A DNA stretch of 64,000 nucleotides, from assembly GCA_002269645.1 (NCBI GenBank), contig NIVC01001173.1, positions 2,885-66,884 of the forward strand, read 5' to 3'. Under the pieces are notes generated by a model that was given only the letters and a program-made list of their open reading frames with translations, ran no database searches and was not told where the DNA came from. The stretch comes from Macrostomum lignano. Lineage: Eukaryota. Below are positions 52,355 through 64,000 of the stretch, piece by piece (position 1 is the first letter of the stretch; every line of letters begins with the position of its first letter). A program made the position numbers and the translations under genes.

Positions 52355-53950
52355 GCTTCCGTCACTCTCACTGGTCACTCTGACTGATCTGCTTCTGTCA
52401 CTCTGACTGATCTGCTTCCGTCACTCTCACTGATCACTCTGACTGATCTGCTTCCGTCACTCTCACTGGTCACTCTGACTGATCTGCTTCCGTCACTCTC
52501 ACTGGTCACTCTGACCGATCTGCTTCCGTCACTCTCACTGGTCACTCTGACTGATTTGCTTCCGTCACTCTCACTGGTCACTCTGATTGACTTGCTTCCG
52601 TCACTCTCACTGATCTGCTTCTGTCACTCTCACTGATTTGCTTCTGTCACTCTCTGGTCACTATGACTGACCTGCTTCCGTCACTCTGACTGATCTGCTT
52701 CTGTCACTCTCACTGGTCACTCTGACTGACTTGCTTCCGTCACTCTCTGGTCACTCTGACTGATCTGCTTCCGTCACTCTCACTGATCTGCTTCTGTCAC
52801 TCTCACTGATTTGCTTCTGTCACTCTCTGGTCACTATGACTGACCTGCTTCCGTCACTCTGACTGATCTGCTTCTGTCACTCTCACTGGTCACTCTGACT
52901 GACTTGCTTCCGTCACTCTCTGGTCACTCTGACTGATCTGCTTCCGTCACTCTCACTGATTTGCTTCTGTCACTCTGGTCACTATGACTGACCTGCTTCC
53001 GTCACTCTGACTGATCTGCTTCCGTCACTCTGACTGATCTGCTTCCGTCACTCTGACTGATCTGCTTCCGTCACTCTCACTGGTCACTCTGACTGATTTG
53101 CTTCCGTCACTCTCACTGGTCACTCTGACTGACTTGCTTCCGTCACTCTCACTGATCTGCTTCTGTCACTCTCACTGATTTGCTTCTGTCACTCTCTGGT
53201 CACTATGACTGATCTGCTTCCGTCACTCTGACTGATCTGCTTCTGTCACTCTCACTGATCTGCTTCTGTCACTCTCTGGTCACTATGACTGATCTGCTTC
53301 CGTCACTCTCACTGGTCACTCTGACTGATCTGCTTCCGTCACTCTCACTGGTCACTCTGACTGATCTGCTTCCGTCACTCTCACTGGTCACTCTGACTGA
53401 TGTTTCCGTCACTCTGACTGATCTGCTTCCGTCACTCTCACTGATCACTCTGACTGATCTGCTTCTGTCACTCTCACTGATTTGCTTCTGTCACTCTCTG
53501 GTCACTATGACTGATCTGCTTCCGTCACTCTGACTGATCTGCTTCTGTCACTCTCTGGTCACTATGACTGATCTGCTTCCGTCACTCTCACTGGTCACTC
53601 TGACTGATCTGCTTCTGTCACTCTCACTGATTTGCTTCTGTCACTCTCTGGTCACTATGACTGATCTGCTTCCGTCACTCTGACTGATCTGCTTCTGTCA
53701 CTCTCTGGTCACTATGACTGATCTGCTTCCGTCACTCTCACTGGTCACTCTGACTGATCTGCTTCCGTCACTCTCACTGGTCACTCTGACTGATCTGCTT
53801 CCGTCACTCTCACTGGTCTCTCTGACTGATGTTTCCGTTACTCTCACTGGTCACTCTGACTGATCTGCTTCCGGCACTCTCACTGATCTGCTTCCGTCAC
53901 TCTCTGGTCACTCTGACTGATCTGCTTCCGTCACTCTGACTGATCTGATT
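52355..53950. repeat. 1.6-kb composite minisatellite between Flower and TRAPPC11
   Basis: Modules tcactctgactgatctgcttccg and tcactctcactgg. Confidence 0.96.
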
Positions 53951-54062
53951 CCGTCTCAGACTCAGTGCAACCTTAATAAGACAATCGAGTGTTTCCACCC
54001 GATCCCAGCGTCAAGCTACAAATTCCCATTCCGCGCAGCTGGCATGACGCATCTCTTCAGTT

Positions 54063-57000
54063 TCACTTGGCCCTGCCGGTGACCAAATTGCTCTTGGAGC
54101 CCGGCTGCTCTCCGCCGGCCGGCTCGGCGTCTCCTTCGAAACCGCGGTCGCGTCTGTCGACAGAGCAGAAAAACAGATGGTGAGAAAAGAATCTCCCCAT
54201 TCTCCAAAGCTCAATATTTCCCAAAACTTAATATTCTCTAAAACTCCCCGTTACCCAAACCTCTCTTACTTAAACCTCTCCATTACTCAAAAATCCCCAT
54301 TACCTAAAAATCCCCATTACCCAAGCCTCCCCATTACCCGAAACTCCCCATTACCTAAAAATCCCCATTACCTAAAAATCCCCATTACCCAAGCCTCCCC
54401 ATTACCCAAAACTCCCGATTACCCAAAAATACCCATTACCCAAAACTCCCCATCACCCAAAACCTTCCATTACCCAAACCTCAATCTCCCTAAAACATTT
54501 CGCTTTCTTAAACTCTAAACTTCTCAAAAGTTCCCATGCCCATTCCATGAAAATCTGAATTACCTCAAAACCAGTCATTGTAAAAAAACAACCCCCATTC
54601 TCCGAAACTCTACATTCATAGAAAATCATAATTTCCTAAAACTTTCCCGACGCCTAGCAACCGCGTCACCGATGGCTTGACTGTCTGAGGCAGAATCCAA
54701 TGCATAAGCTACTGGTTTGAAACTCACTGGTCGCGGCGGAAGGCGCGCACACCGTAGAGGACGCCGCAGGTGGCTACAGGGGCGGCGCCGAGCCACACGG
54801 TGGGCGACAGCAGACAGAGCAGCAGGGGCACCACGGCGGCGCTGCGGCGAAGCGATTGGCAATTTTGTTTGTTCGTGCCAATTTTTCCCTGTCTGGTTAA
54901 TTAATCCTAGTCATGACTTTTGAGCCAAAATTATTGACTTTTACATCGTAGCCGACAATTAAGAAAAATAAACTCTACGAGTATATTTAGGATTCTTAAA
55001 AATCATGATTTTAAGTTCCTGAAGTTCTAGTTTTATAATGAAACATCCTAAGTCCTAGGGTTATTGCGTCATAGCGGGCGAGAGACAACAATAATTTTGG
55101 CATCCTGAATCTAAGCTGGATTACATTTTAAGATTAATTTCCATTCTTTAATGTAGCAATGGTTTTTATAATTATTTGGATTTCAAGGCTTCAATCATTC
55201 TTAGAAGTCACAGACCTTCTGCAACTTCGGTAGACCAGAGAGGCCCAGCAGTGTAAAGGGCATGGTTGTGATTTTTTCGTTAGAGTTAGAGGCAGGGGGG
55301 TGTGCACCCTGGCGCACTTTAAGCGACATTGTCACACAACCGGTGAGAGGCATTACTGCATATTCCGCCGACTTCCCTGAGCAGGCACACAAGCGCGCGA
55401 ATACGTACGCAGGCACACACTCACACAGGAGTGTACAGCGGCCCTTAACTTTATTCATCCTAAGGCATGTACACTTCACTGTGCCTTGGGTGTTGGCCCG
55501 CAATGGCGTTAATTGCCCGAGCAGAGCCAAGCCGAGATTCCAATTCAGCCCCAAATTAATGTGGGCTGCACTGGGAATCGAGCCTGGGCCGCTGGCACAT
55601 CAGAGCGCCGTGCTGGACCACTGGGCTACGCCCCCCCTTTTGTAGAGATGTTGGTGCTGCATTTGACTTTGAATTTTTTTACTGATGAGTGAATCCAAAC
55701 TATTAGCAAATTAGAAGCAGAAAGAAAAAGCACTGAAGACACATTCCCAGCTCACACAAAGTAGACCACAGCGCGCAGTAGGTAGGAGAATCGCTGCGAG
55801 AATTCGTAAACCCGATTGGTGCAGGCCAAACCAATGCAGCAGAGAGGCGCCTCCAGCACAATGAGGATGGTGCCAATGATGCTGCGGTGTGACAATTATA
55901 TTTACTGATTGTAGGTTTAATTAATTCAAATAAAGCCAGCAATATGTACTTACCTAAGGATAGTGCCAGCGGCAAAGCAGGCTGACTTCAGAGTCAGGCA
56001 GTTCAGGATGCCCAGGCTGAATGAAACTATAATAAATGATTCAAGAATTCAAATGGCTTAATCAGACAATGAAATCATGACAGTATAAATGACAATGTCG
56101 ATAAGAGCATGAACATGGGAAGAAAGTCGAGTCAAGGATAAAGAGATTAGTACATAGTCTAGAATTTACCAATAAGTCTATTCATTAGCAATTTGACCAA
56201 AAAGTATTCAAAAACTTTGGTAGATACTGATCATCATTCTTGCTATTGCTTAGGCCTAGTCAATTAAAAATGTACAAAAAAGTATCAACTTTAGCACCTC
56301 TTAGATTTGATCTATTTTGAATATTGAATATGTGGTTTTAGTTTTTTTTAATATTGAATAAAAGTATCAAATAGTAAATAAGCTGCTGATTGTGCTATGC
56401 TATTGGGTTTGTTTCAAACATTTGTACTGATTACTAATTTTAATTACTTTTATTCTGATTAGGATACTATTCTAGGGTGTTTACCAAAGCAAATAGAAAG
56501 CTATTGAAAGCTTATAAAAAATATGAGTATATAATAAATGATTAATTTTTTTTGTTACTTGGTTTGTAAGTTAATAAAGAAATTAGGCTCCAAGTAAAAG
56601 TTTGGCTTTGATCTAATAAAAGTAAAACAGTTATAAGATGCAAAGCAGATTTATTATTTTCTTATAAGACTTTGTAACTAAGAAAGTGTAATTAATCTTC
56701 AAATCAAATTTTGGGATCTAATAGACCCAGTGGCGTAGCCAGGGGGGGGGGGGGCAGGAGGGCCACAGGGAAGGGGGGCAAGAAGGCCACAGCCCCTCCC
56801 AATCACCTAGGGGTGGGGTTGGGCATGGCAGGTACCTAAAAACCATGAGGCAATTGAGTGCCTGCAGTACTAAAATGAGTGCCTGCAGTGCCGAAATGAG
56901 TGCCTATAGCGCCAAAAGTGGCAATGGCATAAAGCATGGCTAGCTAGACCAACCTAGCCCCCTTCCCAATTGAAATTCCTGGCTACACCACTGAATAGAC

Positions 57001-57599
57001 CCTACAATGATTTTTCTATGTATTTCTTATACCATGATGAATTTTCAATTATTGTGGCCTAACCTTTTGAAGGTTAATAATATTTTTAGCCCAAGGAGCC
57101 AAGAGTTTATTTACTCAAAAAATAGGCTATTTATCTATTTGCTAGTGAGATAGTTAGAATTTATAGGCCAAGAAAAGAGGAGGATAAGACTAGGAACTCT
57201 AAGCAAAAGTCTATTATAACTTAATTAATAAAAACTCATATTATCCTTCATAGTAATAATTTATAATGGATATAAAAAAATATTGATTTATTTAATGTCT
57301 TACTTAATGTCATAATGAGTTAATGTTTAGATGCAAAAATGAATAAAATAAAACTGCAAAATATTCAATCTTGTTTAATTTGAATTCATTTTAATAGACA
57401 TTGGTCTAAACAAGGAACTAGTTTTTTTAGTGACAAATATATATAAGGCATTAAGTATCCATTATTTACAAATTTCAAAATATTTAAAATATTTAAAATA
57501 CTTACCAATTCCAGCAATAAAACCAACTCCTTGAGCAACATACTGAATGTAGCGATCAGCATATGCCATCTCATTAAAATTATCAGATGACATTGACAT
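54063..57599 (-). CDS. CACFD1: Calcium channel flower homologue (Flower/Fwe), complete, 5 exons, 165 aa
   Basis: Exons 57506-57599, 55954-56026, 55756-55881, 54728-54841, 54063-54153 (498 nt, phases 1/2/2/2). Spliced protein: MSMSSDNFNEMAYADRYIQYVAQGVGFIAGIVSFSLGILNCLTLKSACFAAGTILSIIGTILIVLEAPLCCIGLACTNRVYEFSQRFSYLLRAVVYFVAAVVPLLLCLLSPTVWLGAAPVATCGVLYGVRAFRRDQRDRGFEGDAEPAGGEQPGSKSNLVTGRAK. It shows the Flower hallmarks GxxNC, AAG, EAPxCC and GVLYG. Confidence 0.9.
54230..54500. repeat. aaaatccccattaccc degenerate minisatellite, Flower intron 4
   Basis: About 16-17 bp tandem units. Confidence 0.85.
55300..55637 (-). mobile_element. tRNA-derived SINE, copy with intact head, in Flower intron 3
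   Basis: The minus strand starts GGGGCGTAGCCCAGTGGT (Pol III A box), then GGCTCGATTCCC (B-box-like). The body is shared with 47941-48200. Confidence 0.75.
56728..56993. mobile_element. hAT-type MITE, 266 bp, 16-bp TIR, 8-bp TSD AATAGACC
   Basis: CAGTGGCGTAGCCAGG ... CCTGGCTACACCACTG (15/16 match). AATAGACC at 56720-56727 and 56994-57001. Confidence 0.88.
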
Positions 57600-59427
57600 T
57601 TTAGCTCTAAGACTAGACCTACTATGCCTATAGGCTATATAACTAGGGGGCCTATAATAGCCTTTATAATAGGCCGCCTATTAAGCTTTAGAATAAATGA
57701 ATCTAGGCTTACTTGGACTTAAAATCAGACAAAATCCAATGTCTATGTCTACTAAGTAATCTACTTATTTTACCTTAATGACAAGCTATTAGCAATAACT
57801 TTAGAGTAGGTCTGGTGACGTGAGTAGCTTTTTAATGTATAAAATCGCTAGAATATAGACTGTATTTTGTCTTTAAAGTTTCAAGTTCAAGACTTAATCT
57901 GGCAAAAGAAATCCAGAAATAGCAATACTACTCAAAAGTCTTACGAATAATTGAATCATCCTCACTCTGGAACTGGAACTGAACCTAATACTGCATTTCT
58001 AATCTCTTGAAAGAGGTTTTCACTCATAGGCTCTGAAGAAATAGTAATTTGATGGACGAGTTAAATTCATACAATAACAGCCATAATAAGCACATTAACA
58101 AAACTTTAAATTTTATTGCCTTAGCTGTGATTGAATTAACAGCGTTTAATCTAAAAATAAAACGATTTAGTATAAACAAGCACAATCTTTATTGCTGGTT
58201 GCTCGGTTCTTAAGCCAAAAAGTTTAAAGTTCGACATGTCAGTCCAATCATTTCAGTTGAACCCCTATAAAAGCAAGAAGTCGGTTAAAGCATATTCATT
58301 AAAAGCTAAAACATTCCCATCAATTTACTTATTACGATTAGCACTAGCAGAAGCAGGGACTACTGAAACAGCTGTTTGTTATTATCGTTCTGCCCCGGTT
58401 TCTCCTAGCAGGTTCACTGCCCAAATGCAAGGAGCAGAAGAATTAAGTGGAGCCTGGATACTGAAAGCTGAATAAATTATTTTGGCACTAAAGGTCGGCG
58501 AAAGCGAAAGGCAAGGCTTTGGTTTTAGTTAGATACTTAGTTACCGCTACTGCTGTTTTTTCACTAGTTCCTGATCAGTAGCACAAAATTAAGCGATAAG
58601 TCCAATATATACATGTATAATCCCACATCTTAAAAAAAACTGACAGGGGGAAGAGCATGCAGCCACTATTCAGTTAAATAGCAATCGGCCCATATGTCTC
58701 CGATTTCGCGTACTGTAATCGGACTGTAATCGCGTACTAAAATTGATCCAATTTTTATACTGTGAATCACTATAAACATTTTTTGGCTAGTAGCAATAGT
58801 ATATTTGCAGCAATTTTACACTAGGCGTCTAAAAATTGGAACGCAGCTGAATAAAACTGCGCGAATGTATCACTCAATACAGAGATAATTAATGTAATTA
58901 TGTACATGCATCACGATCGTCGGGTCTACTGTGTGAGATGAAATTATGATTATTACAAGGTACTCTTACATGGGAATGTTCGTCGCTAGGCATAAAAGTT
59001 TTTCTTGTTTTTTGGGTGAATGATCTTTTTTCGCGGGGATCAAGCATCTGAGTTTTAAAAATGTCATAATTATCTTTATTTTTAATTCTTGACAAGGCTT
59101 TCTTGTTTTGTTGTACAGCTTTGGTTTGCCAACTGGGAGTTTCTCCACAGGGGAATATTCTCCTGCTGCAACTTTTCATGCAAAAGTGCGTATCGCGATC
59201 ATAAATCAGATCATTTGCAGATTACGGAGATCACTTTTACGTCAGAATAACAGATTTTTGTTCCATTGGCACGACAGGGGTATCCATGCAACCCTACGAG
59301 CTACATTATACAACAATACATGTGTATGAGTTCAGAGGTTAGTGGATCTAGCGAAACCGCGTAAATTGACTTATTTCAGTTATCTACAGGGTTGGTTCGA
59401 TGACATACATGTAGCGAGGAGGCAATA

Positions 59428-60263
59428 GGCCGTATGAATAAAATGAGCAATTGCTCAGACTCGCACAAAATCTCGACTCAGTATGAAAAAACGGAGCAGT
59501 GACTTCCGAGCAACAGCTCATGAGTTTTGACTTGAAAGTTGTTGCTCCGAGTGTCAGCGAAAAAATCCGGGGCTGAGCAAACTCTCCGGTCTGTATGAAT
59601 AAACTCGGGCCATAGACAATCTTTTCTGAGCTGCAACTCACAAAATGTTGAGGCAGCCCTCTGCCTGCCTCAGCCATCTATACTCTAGTGGTTGTTGTAA
59701 CTAGCGCTTTCTAGTTGCTGATGTTCTTTGACTGAGTTCTTCGGCAGTATGGCTGAGTTCTTTGCTGCACGTGCTCCCGCTCGACGGAAGTTTTATCCGG
59801 AGCGCCGATCTTCCGACTTGACTAGAGACACGGAGTATGGTCGATTCTACCGATTTTCTCGCACCAACGTGCAGTATCTGGCCACGCGCTTTCTGAACGG
59901 CAGCACAGAGACAAGAGGCGGTGCGCTGATGCCGGCTTGATTCGTGATTTGATGCACAGACTTAACCGATTATAAAGAAGCCACAAGGGGAAAACAGAAA
60001 GAAGGATTCTACATAAAACACAAAGCATATACTCGTAGCATACTCTTAGAAAACAACATTTTGTCTATGGTTCAAAGTATCGCAATATTGGAGTTACAGC
60101 TCTGAGACCAAAAGTCTGAACTCTGACTAGGAGTCCCAACTTTATTCATACTGACCTTGAGCAGATGCTCCGACTCGGAGCAAAATTTCAGACCTGAGCA
60201 GTAGCTCAGTCTCAGCGTTTAAGCTTGAACTCGCAAGTTATTGCTCTTTTTATTCATACGACC
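59428..60263 (+). mobile_element. PIF/Harbinger-like internally deleted DNA transposon
   Basis: TIR GGCCGTATGAATAAAATGAGCAAT / ATTGCTCTTTTTATTCATACGACC (22/24), plus inner gtatgaataaa / tttattcatac repeats. Internal remnant RRKFYPERRSSDLTRDTEYGRFYRFSRTNVQYLATRFLNGSTETRGGAL (59728-59940) resembles the Harbinger transposase N-terminus (YRFSR...RGxAL). Confidence 0.7.
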
Positions 60264-62033
60264 TATTGTCGCTAATAAAAGAAGAGCCCGAATACCATAT
60301 AAATTCATGTAGCCTTGGGTGCTGGGGTCGCGGGTTGGTCAGGAAGGTCTGCCAGTCACGCCTTCAGCGTGTTTTTTGTAGAGAAGAGCTGAGGATGTTT
60401 GTCTAGTTGCGCGAGGAACACGGCGTGCTGTGAGATGGCTATAGTCTCGGACTACATGTAGCACTGCAGATTCGAACCGATGTCTCGGTTTGAAGATTAT
60501 AGCAGTGACAAACGAAGACCAGGTGTTTTATCACTTAGATTTTCATCACTTCATTTCACACTACCAATGATTTTAAGCACAAAGGACCCTCTAAAACAGG
60601 GAAAAATCCTGCGGGAAAGCTCCGGCTGGAAAAACTCGTCGGGAAAACTGGGCCGGGAAGCTCCTGACCGAAAAAGCATGCAGGGCATAAAAAACTCGTG
60701 CTCCCGCCATTATTTTTCTTTTATAGTGCAAAAAATTCCGCTAATTAATCTACATGCATATGTACAAATGATGCATCTAAGACAAACGTTTGCCTCCCAA
60801 ATGCTTGGTTAACAACTACTGCACAGTGCAGTGCATAATCAGAAAGCGGATTAGCATTTCCTCATGAAAATGCATTGGCCGCGGGTTTTAAGTCTACATG
60901 TAGATCATGTCTCATGCGCCGCTTCTATATAAGCCGAATATTTTACGGCAGCCTTCTTTATCAAGATCTGGCGATCGACTTCGGATAATTAGGCTTACGC
61001 AGAGGAAAATTTATGAGGCCAGAAAAGGCGGCAGCGACGCATGATTGGAACTGGAAACTACGGAATTTTTATCGCTACACAGGTGCAGTATATTGGATAG
61101 TACTCTTTTTAGTTTCTTTGAAAAGAAAATAAATATTGCATTGATCTACATTAATTCTGACTGCTGCTATGGTAGCTACGGCTCGTATCTTCAAGCATTA
61201 CTATCCATGCACAGTTTACGACCTACATGACCTGAAAGAAGGCATCTACCTACATGTATAACCATGCCGTGTACCTGCAGAATGGATGAAAGTCGTTGGC
61301 TCTTAGCTCGTATGTGACGCAGCTGATTGCAAGTGATCGCATAGGCACAGCAGCGTCCATCAATTGGGCCATACTTAAACATAGGAAAGGACGTTTAAAA
61401 GATGCCACAGAGCGAATGTCTTTCCCCCAAGCCGCTGTGTTAGTCGTGTCGTCGCTTGTTTTTAAAAAGATTTTTATTCCAGACGTTGATCATTAGAAGC
61501 CACAAAGATCCTTATAGTATTCCTAAAAATATGGCCGCATGTTAATGTGGGTGTTTAAAGTCGAAAATCAGAGGGCCGTGCACCCCCATCGCCCGCCAAA
61601 GAACCGCGGCCCTACAGAAAGTACAAACTTCATAAACGCGCGAAATCGAATCGAGGCCAGCAAGCTTGATGAATGACAAAGATCGCTCCATTTTAATCAC
61701 CTCTTGCAGATGACATTTGCATACCTATTCAGAAACATACCTGTTTTTCAGAAACAGAGTACCCACCAATAGCCAGGGCCCCCAAATGTTTGCGCTTCTA
61801 AGTGTGGTGCGCACAACACAATTTCCTACGTACACCATGGTTGGAGAGACTGCCAGCTTTATAAAGCATATATCTACATACATGCATGTATGTTAAATGT
61901 AAATTTTTCCCTAGGTCAGTCCAGCAAAGAATCCCCTTTGCGTGGAATGATCACTCCTTGAGATACAACAGCATGCCTAATGTAACAAATTCAGACTTGT
62001 AAATTTTCAATATCTTCTGAACCGGCACATTGG

Positions 62034-62069
62034 CCAATCAGATGACCGGTGAATGCTGGGGCTATATAA
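62034..62069 (+). promoter_or_regulatory. CCAAT box plus TATA box of the DEG/ENaC gene
   Basis: ggCCAATca at 62034-62038 and gcTATATAAg at 62063-62069, 73 bp upstream of the ATG at 62142. Confidence 0.65.
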
Positions 62070-62141
62070 GCGGGATTCTGTAACGCATCCTCTTCAGAAT
62101 ACTCGTAGATCGCTTCATCTTCATCGTGCAAACCTAGCGAC

Positions 62142-63258
62142 ATGGCCTACGCCGGTAAGACAAAATATGAACTCTTGATGGAGGCGCTGACCACCAGCAC
62201 AGCTCACGGCATTAGCAGAGTGGCAATTACCAAGGCTGGCCCGCTCAAAGCGATGTGGGCAATCCTGTTCGCCGTGTTTCTTGGTCTATTTCTTAACACG
62301 GCCAGGGGCCTCGTGAAGAAGCTGCAGAGTGTGGAGCTGACTTCGACCTACGAGGCTGGCCGCGTGTCTTTCGTGTTTCCCGAGCTGTACTTTTGTCCGA
62401 ACAGTCAGTACTCGGGCAGTTATCCGTTCTCGTTGAGTAGTGCGGAAGCGAAAGCTGTGAATGACGAAGTGGCTCGGTTGAGCAGTCTGTACGACAGCCA
62501 GACAAATGACAGCGATGTGCTGCTCAAAGCCTCCGCTATTCAGAACTCGCTGCCTGTTGGCATGGCGATCAGGTGGGTGCATGGTATGGGATAGGCTTTG
62601 TAGAGATAGGCCTTCATAGAGCAGGGACTTGCCTGCGAAGTTGTACTTGCGCAAGGTGCATGGGCTGAGCAGGGGTGAGTAAACATGAAATGGAACAATT
62701 CTTACTATCATCCAGAGGTGGCTATGATCTTCTACATGTGTGCCCAACAGTCAGGCCAAGGTCGGTTTTTAATTTCTTACTCGGTGTCAAAAGTTATCAA
62801 CCGTTGAGCCAGGACCTCACCTGTGGACACATGCGCTCGAGTTTTATTTAAATATTATTATAATGACTGCTGTATTTCAGTATGCGATTCTTCTTGTGAA
62901 TGTCGCAAATTGCATAATGTGATTTGATCGACCCCAACCAGGTACCTTGCGCTGCGCAAGCTGCAGTCGGTGCTGCGCAGCGAGCTGGTGAGTCACTTCC
63001 GGGTCGACCAGGTGGCTATGGAGGAGTTTTACCACCCGACTAACCTGATCTGCTTTCGGCCGGTGCTCACACCAAAGCTGCGCCAGCACATGCAGACAAG
63101 CGGCAGCGTCCTGCACGTGTGGCTGTCTACAGATCCGTACTTCTCAGACTTCAACTATACCGGAGAGTCGATTCGGCCGATCAAAGACAGACTCGGTAAC
63201 GAGTCGCTGGAGTTCACTGAATGGCAGCATGCTGGAGGGGCCGAGGACTTAAAGGCAG
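62142..63258 (+). CDS. DEG/ENaC (amiloride-sensitive channel superfamily) subunit, 5' part, continues beyond window
   Basis: Exon 62142-62572 has the pre-TM1 STAHG motif, TM1 (MWAILFAVFLGLFL) and FPELYFCPN (the FPAVTxCN position). The phase-2 junction joins to exon 62942-~63258 (EEFYHPTNLICF...GSVLHVWLSTDPY). The donor at 63258 is weak and uncertain. Confidence 0.8.
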
Positions 63259-63611
63259 GTTGCAATGCTTACCGTCAGGAGCTGCTGCTTATTGCTTAAT
63301 ATGAGATGACCATAATGTTGGAAAACAACACGAAAATTCACTATGCTCGTAAATTGAGCCGTCGATTACTCAGAGGTTTTCAGACTTTTTACTTGTATCT
63401 CACACGTTTTGCTCTGAAAAACTTTACACCTAGTTACATGGGGAGAGCGGAAGGGCTGATAACAAGCGTCTGCTAATCTATACATGTCCATGTACATGGG
63501 GCAAAAGTTCTAGGATCAGTAGAACATTGTACACAACCTCACAATCAACAAAACCGCAAAGACACCCAAGCTACGTACGTTTAAAAGATTTCATAGCCAC
63601 AACATTTTAAG

Positions 63612-63950
63612 AGATGGTTCCCGACGTCCGCGGGGATTTGCGGCGTCGCCGCGGGCTTGCCTGGGCTGCTTTTCGTTCTGTGAGGCCAGCCATGCAGTCC
63701 GAGATCCTACCATCTACTACCATCCAATGATTAGACCTGGACGGTGCCTGCGAGATCGCGACGAGAGGGTTTCCAACCCGGCACTGTACGAGCGTATGAC
63801 CGCGCTGGCCTAATCCGTCCAGCCATATCATCCTCGCCGAGTACCGCATGTACCGCCCACAGACTGTGCAGGAGGCGTTGCTGCCATCGGCGCGAGGAGT
63901 AGTGCACTATGTAGCCTACGTTCACGCCCAGGCTCTGAGACGCACCCTGT
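63612..63950 (+). mobile_element. Degenerate 3' fragment of an RTE-like non-LTR retrotransposon RT ORF
   Basis: Frameshifted pieces DVRGDLRRRRGLAWAAFRSV, ERVSNPALYERM and SHIILAEYRMYRPQTVQEALL follow the order of the post-RT region of RTE-type LINEs (RIGLAWAAF, SNxxLY, AGHxxR). Stops and frameshifts present. Confidence 0.75.
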
Positions 63951-64000
63951 GACGTTGATGTCTTTGTGAACTGACTCAGCGTATTCTATTTTTTTGTTCA

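Noticed and set aside
62881-62941. Strong-looking tttcag acceptor at 62880 for DEG/ENaC exon 2
   Set aside because: Gives an in-frame TGA after five codons; the acceptor at 62941 preserves the frame.

Overview
Eukaryotic (metazoan) genomic window with GT-AG spliced genes and TTAGGG repeats. The minisatellite-filled introns point to the flatworm Macrostomum lignano or a relative (inference). By hand-splicing I reconstruct four protein-coding genes: (1) Piezo on the minus strand, 21 coding exons from 27512 to the left edge, about 2450 aa in the window, C-terminus outside; (2) a complete 15-exon TRAPPC11, minus strand, 39994-51040, about 1192 aa; (3) a complete 5-exon Flower/CACFD1 homologue, minus strand, 54063-57599, 165 aa, largely missed by the ORF track; (4) the first two exons of a divergent DEG/ENaC channel, plus strand from 62142, with a CCAAT/TATA promoter. 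Most introns of any size carry their own tandem array, and these arrays produce most of the long ORFs in the track, which are artefacts. Mobile DNA includes a solo-LTR-like insert with a clean 4-bp TSD, a tRNA-derived SINE in two copies, hAT MITEs, a Harbinger deletion derivative and an RTE-like RT fragment. Two regions stand out. One is a 4.85-kb satellite plus TTAGGG block flanked by 205-bp direct repeats (29377-34633). The other is a 1.4-kb segment (36605-38050) of decayed reading frames punctuated by a repeated motif resembling a negative-strand RNA virus gene junction, bordered by a 30-bp hairpin. No database search was run; homology calls rest on remembered family motifs.
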